A stretch of 38,799 bases of DNA from Folioceros fuciformis (taxonomy: Eukaryota): assembly GCA_049999805.1 (NCBI GenBank), contig JBNGIO010006289.1, forward strand, positions 663,141 to 701,939, in the 5' to 3' direction. Both the position numbers and the translations under genes were made by a program. This document shows, piece by piece, positions 20,211 through 31,649 of this stretch. Position 1 is the first letter of the stretch. Every line of letters begins with the position of its first letter. The notes below the pieces were generated by a model. That model saw only the letters and a program-made list of their open reading frames with translations. It ran no database searches and had not been told where the DNA came from.

Positions 20211-22640
20211 ATGGCGGATGAGATTCATTCCGCTGTCACCGTGAATGGGGACTATGAGCATGGCCGTGGTGAGTCTGGTTTGCTGGAGCAATTTTTTGGC
20301 CCGACGCTTCGCTCGCCCAGTCCCATCATCCGCCTCCCCTTGTTGCGATGCAGAAAACACGAGTGCCAGGAAATCCCTGTGGAGGAGGTTTGCGGACACA
20401 TGGCTGCAGAGGAAGAAGCTTGTCTGGTGGACTATGCTGGGCGTTGTGTGTGGGATTGCCCTGGGTGGTGGGCTCTACAGCGTGAAACCATCAAGTCGGG
20501 CTGTGGAGCTCATAGGTAAGGCACCAACCTAGGCCCATCCCGCGTCACAAGCCTGCTCCTTTGTTGCTCCAGTGGGAGCTCCGTTCACAGCAAGTGGCTG
20601 TGATGGGCATTCGCAGGCTATCCGGGAGAGCTGCTGCTGCACGCGTTGCAAGAGCTCATCTTGCCTCTCATGACATTTGCGATCATGTCTGGTGTCTTCA
20701 GCTTGCGCCACACTCAGACAGGGTGAGATAGATATTCCATACCAATTGCATCACACCCACTGCCAGGGGTCCGTACCTTCAGTCCTTACCATTGCCTGAT
20801 TTTGTAGGAGCGGGAAGATTGCCAAATGGTCCATTTTCTACTACTTCATCTCCATGATACTTGCCATCGCCGTGGGGATATTGATGGTGTTCACTGTCAA
20901 GCCAGGCCACAGCAAGCCTTTCGACGACGCTGGGCTGGGAAAGTGCAGCCACCAGAATCAGAACTTGGTCAACTCCACTGCGTAAGTGAGCATTCTCAAT
21001 AATGGCCTGCTTGTGTTGGCGTCCGCAAGCACTTGCGACCTGCAATCGTATGACGGTGTCCATCCAAATCCTGCTGTCACGTTGCAGAAGCTCCTCCAGC
21101 ACAGCCACAAACACGGTGGACTCGTTGCTGGATATTGGACGGCAGCTCATCCCCACCAACATAGTGGCTGCTGCAGCTGCCCCGAATTACTTGGGTGTCA
21201 TGATGTTTGCCATCGTGTTTGCATTCTACCTCACGTCGCTGGGTCAGTTAGCTCTCCTAAGCTCTCAAGTCCTGGTCTTGCTTCTTTTTGCTGTGCTGCT
21301 CACTCCTCCAGGCCATGGGGACCCATTGTCAGGTCCAAGAGCGGAGCCTCTAATTCAGCTCATCGAGCTTGCCAACGACGTGATAGTGAAGATTGTAAGG
21401 CTGCTTGTTCCACGTATCATCATCTTGCAAGCATGTAGGCCCAGCTTGATGTGAGAGGTCACCTAAACGGCGGCTTGCAGATAAACGCCGTGATCTTGAC
21501 GACGCCCGTGGGGATCGCATCGCTCATCGCTGGCACCATCCTGTCAGCCTGCAACCTGGGCCACCTGCTGAAGGCACTGGGGGAGTATGTGGGTACCATC
21601 GTGGGGGCGTTTGCCGTGCACATGTTCGTGGTGCTGCCCCTCACCCTGCTCTTCATGTCACGTAGAAATCCCATCAAAGTTTTCAGGTGACGATCCACTC
21701 GCACTGCACGCAAGTATGCACCACTGCCATTGCCATTGGCCTACAGTGGAGATATGGTCGTAACTCACATGTGGCGTGCAGATCATTTGTGCCAGCTTTC
21801 ACAATGGGGTTCGGAACATCGTCCAGCGCTGCAACCATGCCCGTGACTATGCAATGCGCGGAAGCCTACGGTTGTCTTAAGCACATTGTGAAATTTGTGG
21901 TGCCCTTGGGCACCAACGTCAACCGCGATGGAACCGCATTGTATGAGGCCGTGTCAGTCATCTTCGTGGCTCAGGTGCGTACACACTCGTCACAGACATT
22001 CACCACATTGCACGCATTCCGCACACCGGAACGTAGTCTACCATTTAGGGGTGCCCCACGCAACCCAAAGTGGCTTGAATCCATCCCGCGTTCTATGTAC
22101 TCTGCCTGGCAGGCGCACGGGAGGAATCTTTCCGCGGGCAACGTGATTGTCATCTCTCTCACAGCTTGCCTGGCTGCCATCGGCTCGGCTTCAATCCCAC
22201 ATGCGGGCCTGGTCACATTGATCACCGTCATGCAGGTACGTCACGAGTATTCCTTCACTGTGTCGGTCGCGGTGCAAATGCGGCTCCAAGTTTCACTCAG
22301 CCCTTCCGCGGCTTTCTCAGGCAGTTGGATTTTCGGAATACATCGCCGATCTGTCCATCCTCTTCGCGGTGGACTGGCTGCTCAGCATGCTTCGCACGAT
22401 CGTGAACATCTGGGGAGATGCCTGCGCCTGCGTCGTGGTCGATGCCTGGGCGAAACTCGCGGACAAGGAGCGGGGTGTTCCGCTCGCACTCGCGGTCAGT
22501 GACCATCATCGCGAGGAAACACGTTTCTTTGACGTTTGCTCCCTCCCTTGCCGGACACGCCATTAACTCCAGCTGTTGTTTTCTTGTGCCCCGTGCAGTC
22601 CAAGCTGGAGGAAGCCAAAGCTGGTGACGAGCAGTTGTAG
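20211..22640 (+). CDS. SLC1/DAACS (dicarboxylate/amino acid:cation symporter, EAAT/GltPh family) transporter; 11 exons: 20211-20268, 20354-20515, 20617-20722, 20808-20981, 21088-21242, 21333-21394, 21481-21686, 21782-21974, 22113-22235, 22321-22494, 22599-22640
   Basis: All ten GT-AG junctions join in frame. Family motifs are GYPGELLLHALQELILPL (TM2), YYFISMILAIAVG..VKPG (TM3), IPTNIV, TPVGIASLIA, HP1 FGTSSSAATMPVT, TM7 VVPLGTNVNRDGTALYEAV, HP2 AAIGSASIPHAGLV and TM8 AVDWLLSMLRTIVNIWGD. Confidence 0.95.
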
Positions 22641-23620
22641 AAGGCGACTGATGGACTACCTTCTAGCCTTTGGCGTTCCAATATTGCTTTTGAATCTTAC
22701 CGGCCTTCCTCTCCATCGTTCTCCGTGTTCCGAGCACACTCCGCATGTGTGACTTGCCGCCAGCAGCTCTGCTGAGGTTCTGTGGTTTGAAGTATCGTCC
22801 TCTTCCTCGCCATCGCCATGCCCTAGAAATTGCAGACTTAGACCTAACGCCTGCGCCGTGTACATATGTACATACATGCACAACAAGAGGTCGGACGCTA
22901 AGGCATTTGTACAATAAATGAATGCGAATAAAGGAAGAAAAGGCTGGCAGGGCTTTGCTCCCGCTGCAGGCGCACTGATGCTTGGTGCGCCTATTTTTGA
23001 CACGTTCCTTCTTGCTGGCGTCAGGAAGTGGCGCCGAGCTTGGACGCTCGAGACCCGGCTTACGAGTTTACGCGTTGCGCCCGACGCGACCGGCAAGGGC
23101 CGCAGGTGTTTGCTGGGCCTGGCCAGCTCTTCGCTGTTGAAACCTCTTCTTCCTTCCGCTCCTCGATTTGCGGCGCTGCCTTTCGGGACTGATTCACTGC
23201 TATACCACCCTGCAATGTGCGACGCGATCGGCGGAATTTGCAATCTTCAAATCTGTGATAGCCTGCTACGATCGATCGTCCATCATCGGGGATGCGTTGA
23301 GCACACGCTGTTACCTTGGACTCGGCTTCAGTGAGTGTGGTCGTGGAGACGGGATCTGACGCAACGTACCGTTACTCGTTCGGAGGACTCATTTGAAAAT
23401 GGGGGCTTCTTTGCCAGGGCCATCCGTACAGTGACAGCAGAGTGCGACTCCAGAACGGGCGATGGAGAATCATCCGCGGCAGAACAAGTCGGCTGAGCAG
23501 TCGGCACGGGCAATTTGCGAAAAGAGAGGGACGAGCGGCCTGGGGAGCGTTGCAGATTGACTCAATTTAGCTTGTTGCCAGCAACGGAACCCGGTTAAGG
23601 AGGAGAGCACGACCAGCAAT

Positions 23621-25816
23621 ATGGGGGAGAGCTCTCTCAAGAAGAAGACGGGGATGGGATGGGCCTGGTGGGGGCTTACAGTAGTGGTGGTTGTGGCTGT
23701 CATTGCTGCAGCATTGCTGGCCATGAAGTACAGTAAGAACAGGAAAAGTTCCCATGGGGCGGAAGGCGGGGCGCTCATACCCTACAACTCACCCTACACG
23801 CCTCTTCCGGATCCCTCCATCAACTTCACCCAGGCTCTCGGCGTTACTCTTACCTTCTTTGACGTTCAAAAATGTACGCTTCCTTTGCTCTTGCATTGTA
23901 GGCTGGATGCGCTTGGATTGGCATTGTCCTGACCTGACCGCTTGTGCTGCTCGCCTCAGCTGGAAAGCTGCCTGCGGGGCAACCGATATCTTGGAGGAAT
24001 GATTCTGCGCTACAGGATGGGCAAGATGCCGGGCTAGATCTGACTGGAGGGTTGTACGATGCTGGGGATCACATCAAGTTTGGCTTGCCAATGGCATACA
24101 CTGGAACGGTGCTCGCCTGGGCAGTCCTCGAGTACAAGCAACAGCTGGAAGCTGCGGGGTTGCTGCCGCAGATCTTGGATGCTATCCAATGGATCACGGA
24201 CTTCCTCATTAAGGCCAGCCAGACTGAGAACGCATACTACTTTCAGGTAGGCGCGCATGTCGAGATCCGGCCTCTGGCCTTGGTTGAGGAATGTGTGCTA
24301 ATTAATGGCTTCTTCCCGGCCTGACACAGGTGGGAGATCCGCAAGCTGATCATGTTTGCTGGGTTAGAGCTGAGGATCTGGGAAGTATCTCCAGGCCTTC
24401 ATATCAAGTGAACGCCTCTGCTCCAGGTACCCTTGGTTGCCGCCAGCCTTCCATACCTGACCCAGGTATGGCTGCCAAGAAGAGCGTAGGTTGAATGAAT
24501 GCCATGGCCTTGACTAAGTTAGCGTGCAGGTTCCGATGTTGCTGGGGAAGCTTCAGCCACTCTGGCAGCTGCGTCCCTCGTCTTCCGATCCTTCAACTCC
24601 TCGTACTCGCAGACCCTCCTGGATCATGCTACACAGCTCTTCGACTTCGCTGACACATATCGGGGTGCATATAGCCGAAGTTTGCCATCGGTGGTGGAGT
24701 TCTACAACTCGACAGGCTACGTTGACGAGCTGCTGTGGGCGTCTGCGTGGTTGTACTACGCAACGGATGATTCCAAGTATCTCAATTACGTAACGGTGAC
24801 TAATGGCGCCAGGTTCGCGCGATGGGGAAGCACCGGGTGGTTCAGCTGGGACGACAAGCTTCCTGGTGTTCAGGTCTGGAATAATTCCCCGAGCTTCACT
24901 ACAGACAGGGACAATTGAGGAGGAGACGAGACTGACTGATTTGTATTACGACAGGTTCTTCTGGCAAGGGCCCTACTGGTGAACCCAGCTCCTGCTCAGC
25001 CAATGGACGCAACGACAACCACGGACCTGAAGAGCTACAAGAAGACTGCAGATGACCTTATGTGTTCTCTGCTCCCAGACTCTCCTACAGCAAGTCATAA
25101 CCGCACGAAAGGTCTGTTACTTTTGCTTGCAATTGGTGGAAGAGGTTCCAAACTGGGGCTCGTGCTGCAGCCTCACCGTGGCATTCCAACAGGTGGTATG
25201 CTGTGGATCAGCGAGTACAACTCAGCCCAACACGCAGTGAGCTCGGCCTTCCTGACCATAGTTTACAGCGACTACCTGCTGGCCAGCAAGCAGAACGTGA
25301 CCTGCTCGAACCGGATCTTCACACCCCAACGACTGAGAGAATTCGCAACCACTCAGGTCTGACCTAGCGGAGCCCGGTGCCTTGTTCTTTCCCTTCCTCA
25401 GCAATTGAATGCGGCATGTGTGAAGTGAAACTGACTGTCCCCACCTGGTGTCTTGGGCTTTGCTGTGGCAGGCCACATACCTGTTGGGATCAAATGCCAT
25501 GAACACAAGCTACCTGGTAGGATACGGAAAGAACTTCCCACAGTTCATCCATCACAGAAGCGCCTCCATCCCTTCCTACAACCACACCACCTGCCAAGCC
25601 GGCTTCTACTACCTCTATGTCGACCAACCCAACCCCAACGTCGCCACCGGAGCCCTGGTAGGCGGTCCCTTCCTCAACGACTCCTACACCGACTATCGCC
25701 CTAACCACATGCAAAACGAGCCCACTACATACAATAGCGCGGCGCTGGCGGGCCTCCTGGCCGGCCTCTCGTCGGGCCTGGGTGTGGGCGTTGCCGTGCC
25801 CCCCACTTTCGCTTGA
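23621..25816 (+). CDS. GH9 endo-1,4-beta-glucanase with an N-terminal membrane anchor (resembles the Arabidopsis GH9B5/GH9B7 type), about 7 exons
   Basis: A short basic N-terminus precedes the TM segment WGLTVVVVVAVIAAALLAM. Motifs are FFDVQK|SGKL-like, DLTGGLYDAGDHIKFGLPMA, QVGDP..DH.CW, YNSTGYVDELLWA, FSWDDKLPG, YLLGSN..SYLVGYG..P..IHHRSASIP and catalytic D.R.NH.QNEPTTYN. Confidence 0.95.
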
Positions 25817-26289
25817 TACCCTGCCGTGCTGGGCCCCTCTGGATTCGGTTGCGTTCGGCTCGTGATACACGCTAGTCACTCTCCCCGTTCCTGTTCCATA
25901 ATTTTTTCAGGCCATGTAATCATTCTCGTCGATACGTATGTACACTAGAAGTTATGTACCCAAACCGACAAAACGTTTTTCTCCCCCCGCCGCCCCTCCT
26001 TCGTATAGAGGCGGACCAGAATCTTTAACCGGATATTCAACAGCCTCGCCTCCCCGTCGTCGCCGGGCCCGGCTTGCGCGTTGCCCCGACTGCTGGTCTG
26101 TGGCACTGCGACTTCTTATTAGTACTGAGTCCCGCTCCCTGACGTGCGGCGTGCTGCGCGCGGTGCGTCGTGGTGCTTGGTATCAGTCTGTAGGCCGCTC
26201 GAGACATTCGAGCCAGCGTTGGAGCATTTGCTCTAGTGGGAAAGAGCAATTGGATACTCGGCGCCCTGCTGCGAGGATGCGGTGACAAA

Positions 26290-28465
26290 ATGCTGGGGAA
26301 GTGGCTCATCGGGCCGAATTGGTTCGGGGCCTGGGATCCAGCCGACCTCCTCTCCACTCCGCGATGGCCCGGGGCCTGCAATTTTCCCATTCCAGGCAGC
26401 GGGGCCATCGGCGGCTGCTTTTCTGCCGTGCTACAGGCTGCCGGGGGCCTGCTCATGATCTCTGACAAGGGCTGCCTGCACCTCAAGCACCTGCGCCGTC
26501 CTCCGCACCCGAATTGTACCCGACCTGCTTCCTCCTCTTCTCAGCGCTCTAGGTATCCGGCCTCCGCAGCTCGCCATGCCGCATCTCTCATGCTCAACAG
26601 GCTGGCCTCTCTCTTCCTCTCCTCTTCCTGCGCCCGGCCCGCCGATGCGTTCCAGGTTGTGGCAATTGCATATTCGGCTGCGGTCCTGCCTCCGCCACGC
26701 GACCTGTGAGTCTTCCTTCGTCCTTGTCGCTGAAGAGGGCTTCTCTTGTTTGTGCTGCTTGCTCATGTCGTACGGCTTCTGGTTTCTGCACCAGCAAGCC
26801 GTGCCCTGTGGACGCCAATCTCCAGCTCGCACTCGGCGACCAGCTTACCAGGCTGCAGGCGGCTCAGGAAGTGAGAGTGGAACCTAGGACCGGCGCGCAG
26901 TTCCCTTTGCACCTCTGCTTCCAGGATCTTGGGAAGGATGCTAACGACCTAGCTCCTCACTGCCAGGTGCTCACTGCACTCCAGCTTGGATTGAATTCGC
27001 TATGATTGGATTCCCAAAAACATTGCTACAGAATGGATGTCCAGCACTCATGGCCACTGCCGCCGTCGCAGGTGCTGGTGGGGGTAGGCGTGCGGAGCAA
27101 GACTATAGTCAAGTTCAAGTCGATTGACATCTATGCGTTTGGGCTATGTGAGCTTCCTTCCGCCTCGCAGGCAATGAGTATTTCCGAGGTCGAGGTAGTG
27201 GGATCACGTCAAGTAACTGACAAGGTGATCTCACTTCAGATGTACATCCAGAACATTTGCGGGCGCAACTGGGAGACAAATACGGGAATCTTCCACCTGA
27301 AGAGCTCAAGTTCTGCCCCGAGTTTTACGAAGATTTGCTTAGGTATCCTGTTGTTTATCGATGTCTCTTGGGATCTGCTGGAATACTGGATGGTTTTTGT
27401 TTTCCTTACCAGCAAACCATCTTGATCATTTGAGGTCTCCCATGTGTTATGTGTATCTCTCTGTGCGACTTTGTCGTCAGCAATGTAGCTCGTATGCGCA
27501 TTTCTGCGATTCCTGTCTGTGTCCGTTTCCTTGTGTCAAGATCATTAGTGCTGTTGTCTTTGATTGACCTTAAATTTTGGTCTGTTATGTGATCAGACAT
27601 GAGGTTGATATGACTGTACGTATGGTTGTGCATTACAAGGGCCTCAAAATGCACATGGTGCGAAGGTAAAGCTCAGTTTAGTATTGATCGATCATCAGCA
27701 CCATCAAGGTAAACCATCAGCAAGGTCGATGCAACGTTTGCCATTATGATCATCGGTTTTCTTTTCGTTGTGCGCAGTGCTTTTGAGTCCTCATTGAAGA
27801 ACCGTCTCATAAAGGTGCTCTTCTCATTATCTTGGTTGCAAACGTTATATCACGATTGCAAGGGGCTTCTAACTTTCGTTGCTTTGGTCTGTGGCAGATC
27901 AAGGGCGTCCCAGATGACAATGGCTTGCATACGTTCTGTTCCTACCTGTCTGAGGACGTGGCTATTTTTAGGGTATGTACATAAATGAATAGGTGTTCAT
28001 GTGAATGTTCGCCATGAGTAATGCTTGAGTGTAATCCGTTGTATCCCTTGTTTCTCTGTAGGGCTCCACTATCGATGTTCAATGGCAGCCTGGAGGGCAG
28101 CTCCGAACGATAAGTCCGTGATGGCTGATGCACTTGCAAGGTTTCATTTACTTCCGAAAACGTCCAGTGTCACACGGTGGTTGTACTAATGTTGAGCGAT
28201 GTGGATTTGTGCAGTTGAAGGCCGGCCAGTAGGGACAATTGTCAGCAAACATCTCTGCCGTACGGTTTTCTAACTTTGCTGAAATTCGTTTTGGTGGTCG
28301 ATGACGAACATTTCGTTCGGTGTTCTGAAGGTACTGACGTCAGTTCCGCACTTCGATGGTGTAGGAGCGTTCTTCGACCTGTACATTGGGGACCCGCCAG
28401 TCTCGCATTCAGCCAAGACCGAAATAGGAGAAAGTTTTGCTCGTATTTTGTCGCACGGGAGCTAA
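26290..28465 (+). CDS. FAP2: Chalcone-isomerase-fold fatty-acid-binding protein, FAP2-like, multi-exon
   Basis: VEPRTGAQFP, VLVGVGVRSKTIVKFKSIDIYAFGL|YVHP, FYEDLL|RHEVDMTVRMVVHYKGLK, SAFESSLKNRL, RGSTIDV, LC|RAFFDLYIGDPPVS..AK..IG. The N-terminal IPGS.AI...F segment resembles plant FAP2. The start codon is approximate. Confidence 0.85.
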
Positions 28466-28959
28466 TTATGAGTTGTAGATCCTGTGAGAATAATCCATTT
28501 TTTGAGGCCTCAACATTCCTCTTTGTCGTTAAGTGCTAATGTCATCGATAACACTGCGCACAATCTAGTATTTCCTACTCGAAAATTTGTCACGGCAGTG
28601 ATCAGTAAGACCTGAGATCATGACAGAGCAGCTGGTGGAACATCACCTGTTGCGAAAGACAATCAAGATTTACATTCAAAATTCGCACAACACTTGACGA
28701 ATTTTTGACGCCAGAGTGCCATTTAACTAGACCAAAGGAGGGCTAACTGGACAAGTGAAAGACGAGGTTCAAAGAACTTCCATGTCCGAATGCCTCCCCA
28801 ATTGTGGCAGAGCGCGTCAATTTTCACTACAGAAGTTGAAGGGGAAAGTATGACACAGGAGTTCGTACAATCAACAGAGAAGGGAGCCACGTTCGGGCCT
28901 CGGATTGCAGACGGGCAAAACAGAGGCTTGCTTTCTGCATTGAGCTCAGGCAAGGAACC

Positions 28960-29481
28960 TTATATCTTTCCGGTTCCCTCCGGACCTGGCTCTCCTCCCT
29001 TTTGTGGAGCCCTCTTGATGGGCAGCAAATCAGCAGACGAGCTAGCACCGACGTATCCCACAGAACCAACGGCCGCCAAGATGAGGAACTTCAACAATAA
29101 ACCCCGCTTGGTAAACAGACCAGCGAAGGTCTCAAAGAACTTGCTCTGCATTCCCATTGAATGACATAGTCAGAAATTAAGAAAAGCACGCAAGCCCGGC
29201 AATCTCAGATTCCAAAGCGGCGCGACAGCGACCTGGAGGGAGTTGTATGGTGATGGGCCGTCGGAGCCGTAGAGATCCCATTGGCCTGTGGTGTTGGCGA
29301 TGTCACCGAGGTCGAAGTAGACGCTCTTCTCCCCATACTTGGCGGTGGCGACTCCCACCTTCCGCGTGGGGGCTTTCATGGAGACGGAGCGGGCAGACGA
29401 GACAGCCAGCCTCTGTCCAGCAATGCTGCTGGAGCCCAGGCGCGAGGCCGTTGGCAGCGAGAGAGTGGTCATGGCCGCCAT
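28960..29481 (-). CDS. PSAH: Photosystem I subunit H precursor; exons 29481-29233, 29145-28960
   Basis: Transit peptide followed by [60 protein letters not shown]...DLLPIK. Confidence 0.97.
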
Positions 29482-29633
29482 AGATCCCGCCGCTGCTCCC
29501 ACCCAAACTTGATAGACGATAGTCCTCGAGCACGTCTTGACGGAAACAGGCTACAATCTGGGATGTGCTGGTGAAGAAAGTGCAGGCAGTCGGGAACTCA
29601 GCGAGCAGCCTTCCTTCCCCTTTGATTTCCAAG

Positions 29634-29649
29634 GATAAGACGGGATAAG
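29634..29649. promoter_or_regulatory. Two I-box (GATAAG) motifs upstream of PsaH
   Basis: GATAAG at 29634-29639 and 29644-29649, 10-bp spacing, about 160 bp upstream of the ATG of a light-regulated gene. Confidence 0.45.
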
Positions 29650-30450
29650 GAAAGAGGATTCGTCTGGCGTATAGCAGCCAGAGGGAGGAAACGAGCTAGA
29701 GTAGGACTCCAGTAGAGAGAGAAGGAACTTGTGGCACCAACCTTCGAACGTTGCTAACGGGCAACAAACATTCGACTTAACAGTGCCTACTCCGAACCTA
29801 TAAATCCCACATTGCTTCTGTTTCTCAATTTCTGGACTGGACATAAGAAGAACCTCTCGCACATCGATCTTCGGAAAAAAAAGGTTTTTTCAGTTATGGA
29901 GGAAGGACCCTTGCATGCCATGTGTGAGCGGGTAAGGGTTCGCAATCAACGCTTTCAGGGTTTAATTGTTTCCTCATTGCAATTAATATTTTTTTATCTT
30001 ATACATATGGTTGCAAAATTTATTGCCTTTGAAATCACTCTCGTATTAAATAGAATACAATGTGCTACAATGAAGGTCCTTGCATAATTTGTTATGGGAA
30101 TCTAAAGCCAATTTTATTTTACAAGTTGGATAAGCTAAGGTGCTTCAAAAGAATCCATCAACATCTCTAAGAAGGCAACCACTGAAAGATCACTAAAGAG
30201 CTTGGATGTTTTAGCCATGAAATGAAAGGTCGCTAAAGAGCTTAAACTCCTTAACCATGAAATCCAACAAGACGCACAACTCATGAGGTTGAAGAGATGA
30301 AGAACAACATGAATACGTGGTAAAAAGGAAAAGGGAAGACATTTCTTGAAAAGAAGAAGCAAGTTGCGCAAGAGGAAACATGCTGTAAACTAATTTAGTT
30401 ATAAAATAACCAAAGTTATCCTCACTAACATCGATAATGTGCGATAGGCT

Positions 30451-30613
30451 ATGCAGCATAGTAATCCTATCAATCTAATGCAAGAATCTACAAGTAAGAA
30501 AAGGTATGCACCATAGTAATCCTATCAATCTAACGCAAGGATCTACACGTAAGAAAAGGTATGCAACATAGAAATCCTATCAATCTAATGCAAGAATCTA
30601 CACGTAAGGAAAG
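30451..30613. repeat. Tandem repeat, 55-bp unit x3
   Basis: Units start at 30451, 30506 and 30561; consensus atgcaNcatagtaatcctatcaatctaatgcaagaatctacacgtaagaaaaggt. Confidence 0.95.
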
Positions 30614-31649
30614 ATGCATCCTTGCATAGAGGCGTGGTAGCAAGAACAATGCTATAATCTATCAATAGTTTATGGTGAGATACACAAATTTGAAGAGTGG
30701 ATGAATCTTAGGGCAAGCATTTATTATGAAAGATTAAAAGGGGACCTATATAAAAAGGGGTGTTGCAACTTCTATGAATGATGAACGCGAAGGAATACTA
30801 GACAATTACAAACTTCAATAGACAAATTGAAAAAGCAAAAGTATACAATAACATACAATACATACAAAGCTCTTGCCCTACTGGATTTCTTGTCCAATGC
30901 ATCCAAGCCCTCTAGTAACTTTTGGTCGATTGCCTTCTTCCAAATGCTAGTGGATCATTTCAACCATATTTACTAACATCATTATTAAATAGCTCTTGAT
31001 CATCGTCATTGTGACTTTATAGGTCGAAACTTCATATATAACTTCATCTCTCTAGGAGGCAAATAGCTCTCAATTTTCATTTGCATCATTGTCAAGCATG
31101 ATCCCATGCCGTAACTTATGTGCATGTAAATAGTAATTAGTTAATATTTAAGTTATGCTTATAAGTAGCATTAGTGGTAATTAATGAAATATTTAATTAA
31201 GATAATTAGAAAAATAATAATATTGTATACAAAGTTAATAAGATAGATAAAAAAAACTAGATGTCTGGATGTGGTTACATCATACCTCAAGTAGCAGGCA
31301 TAAAAGCCTAGGTTAGAAGTGTTTGCTGCAACTATAAGCTTGTATTTTCTTGAGTAGTCTTTCTTTGAAGGGGCATTCTCTTGAGTGCATCCTTTTGGAA
31401 ATGCATTCTCTTGTTGAAAATCCAATTAAGGTATGTGTAGTGCGTAAGACTACGTGATCTGATTGTGAATTAAAGAAGCCAAGCTATAGCTCTAGGAAAA
31501 TGTGGATGCAGGTGGTGAAGATTTTGCGATGCTTAAAAGAAGCAAACACTTCACTTTGATATAAATGTAGTACCATAATCTAGTGATTAATATGTATATA
31601 GTATAGTGTGGAGTGAATACTTATTAAATAATGAACCATGCATGAATAC

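Noticed and set aside
20211-22640. DAACS gene as bacterial contamination or a recent horizontal transfer
   Set aside because: It has ten spliceosomal introns of the same size class as neighbouring genes and is contiguous with plant genes.
22656-23334. Overlapping 195-aa (-) and 138-aa (+) ORFs between DAACS and GH9
   Set aside because: There are no motifs or exon structure; the region is best explained as the DAACS 3' UTR plus the GH9 promoter and 5' UTR.
23621-25816. GH9 as a KORRIGAN ortholog
   Set aside because: It lacks the long cytosolic N-terminus of KOR-type GH9A proteins; its motifs fit the short-anchor GH9B type better.
30451-30613. 55-bp repeats as a CRISPR-like array
   Set aside because: The units are contiguous with no unique spacers, the context is eukaryotic and there are no cas genes; it is a minisatellite.
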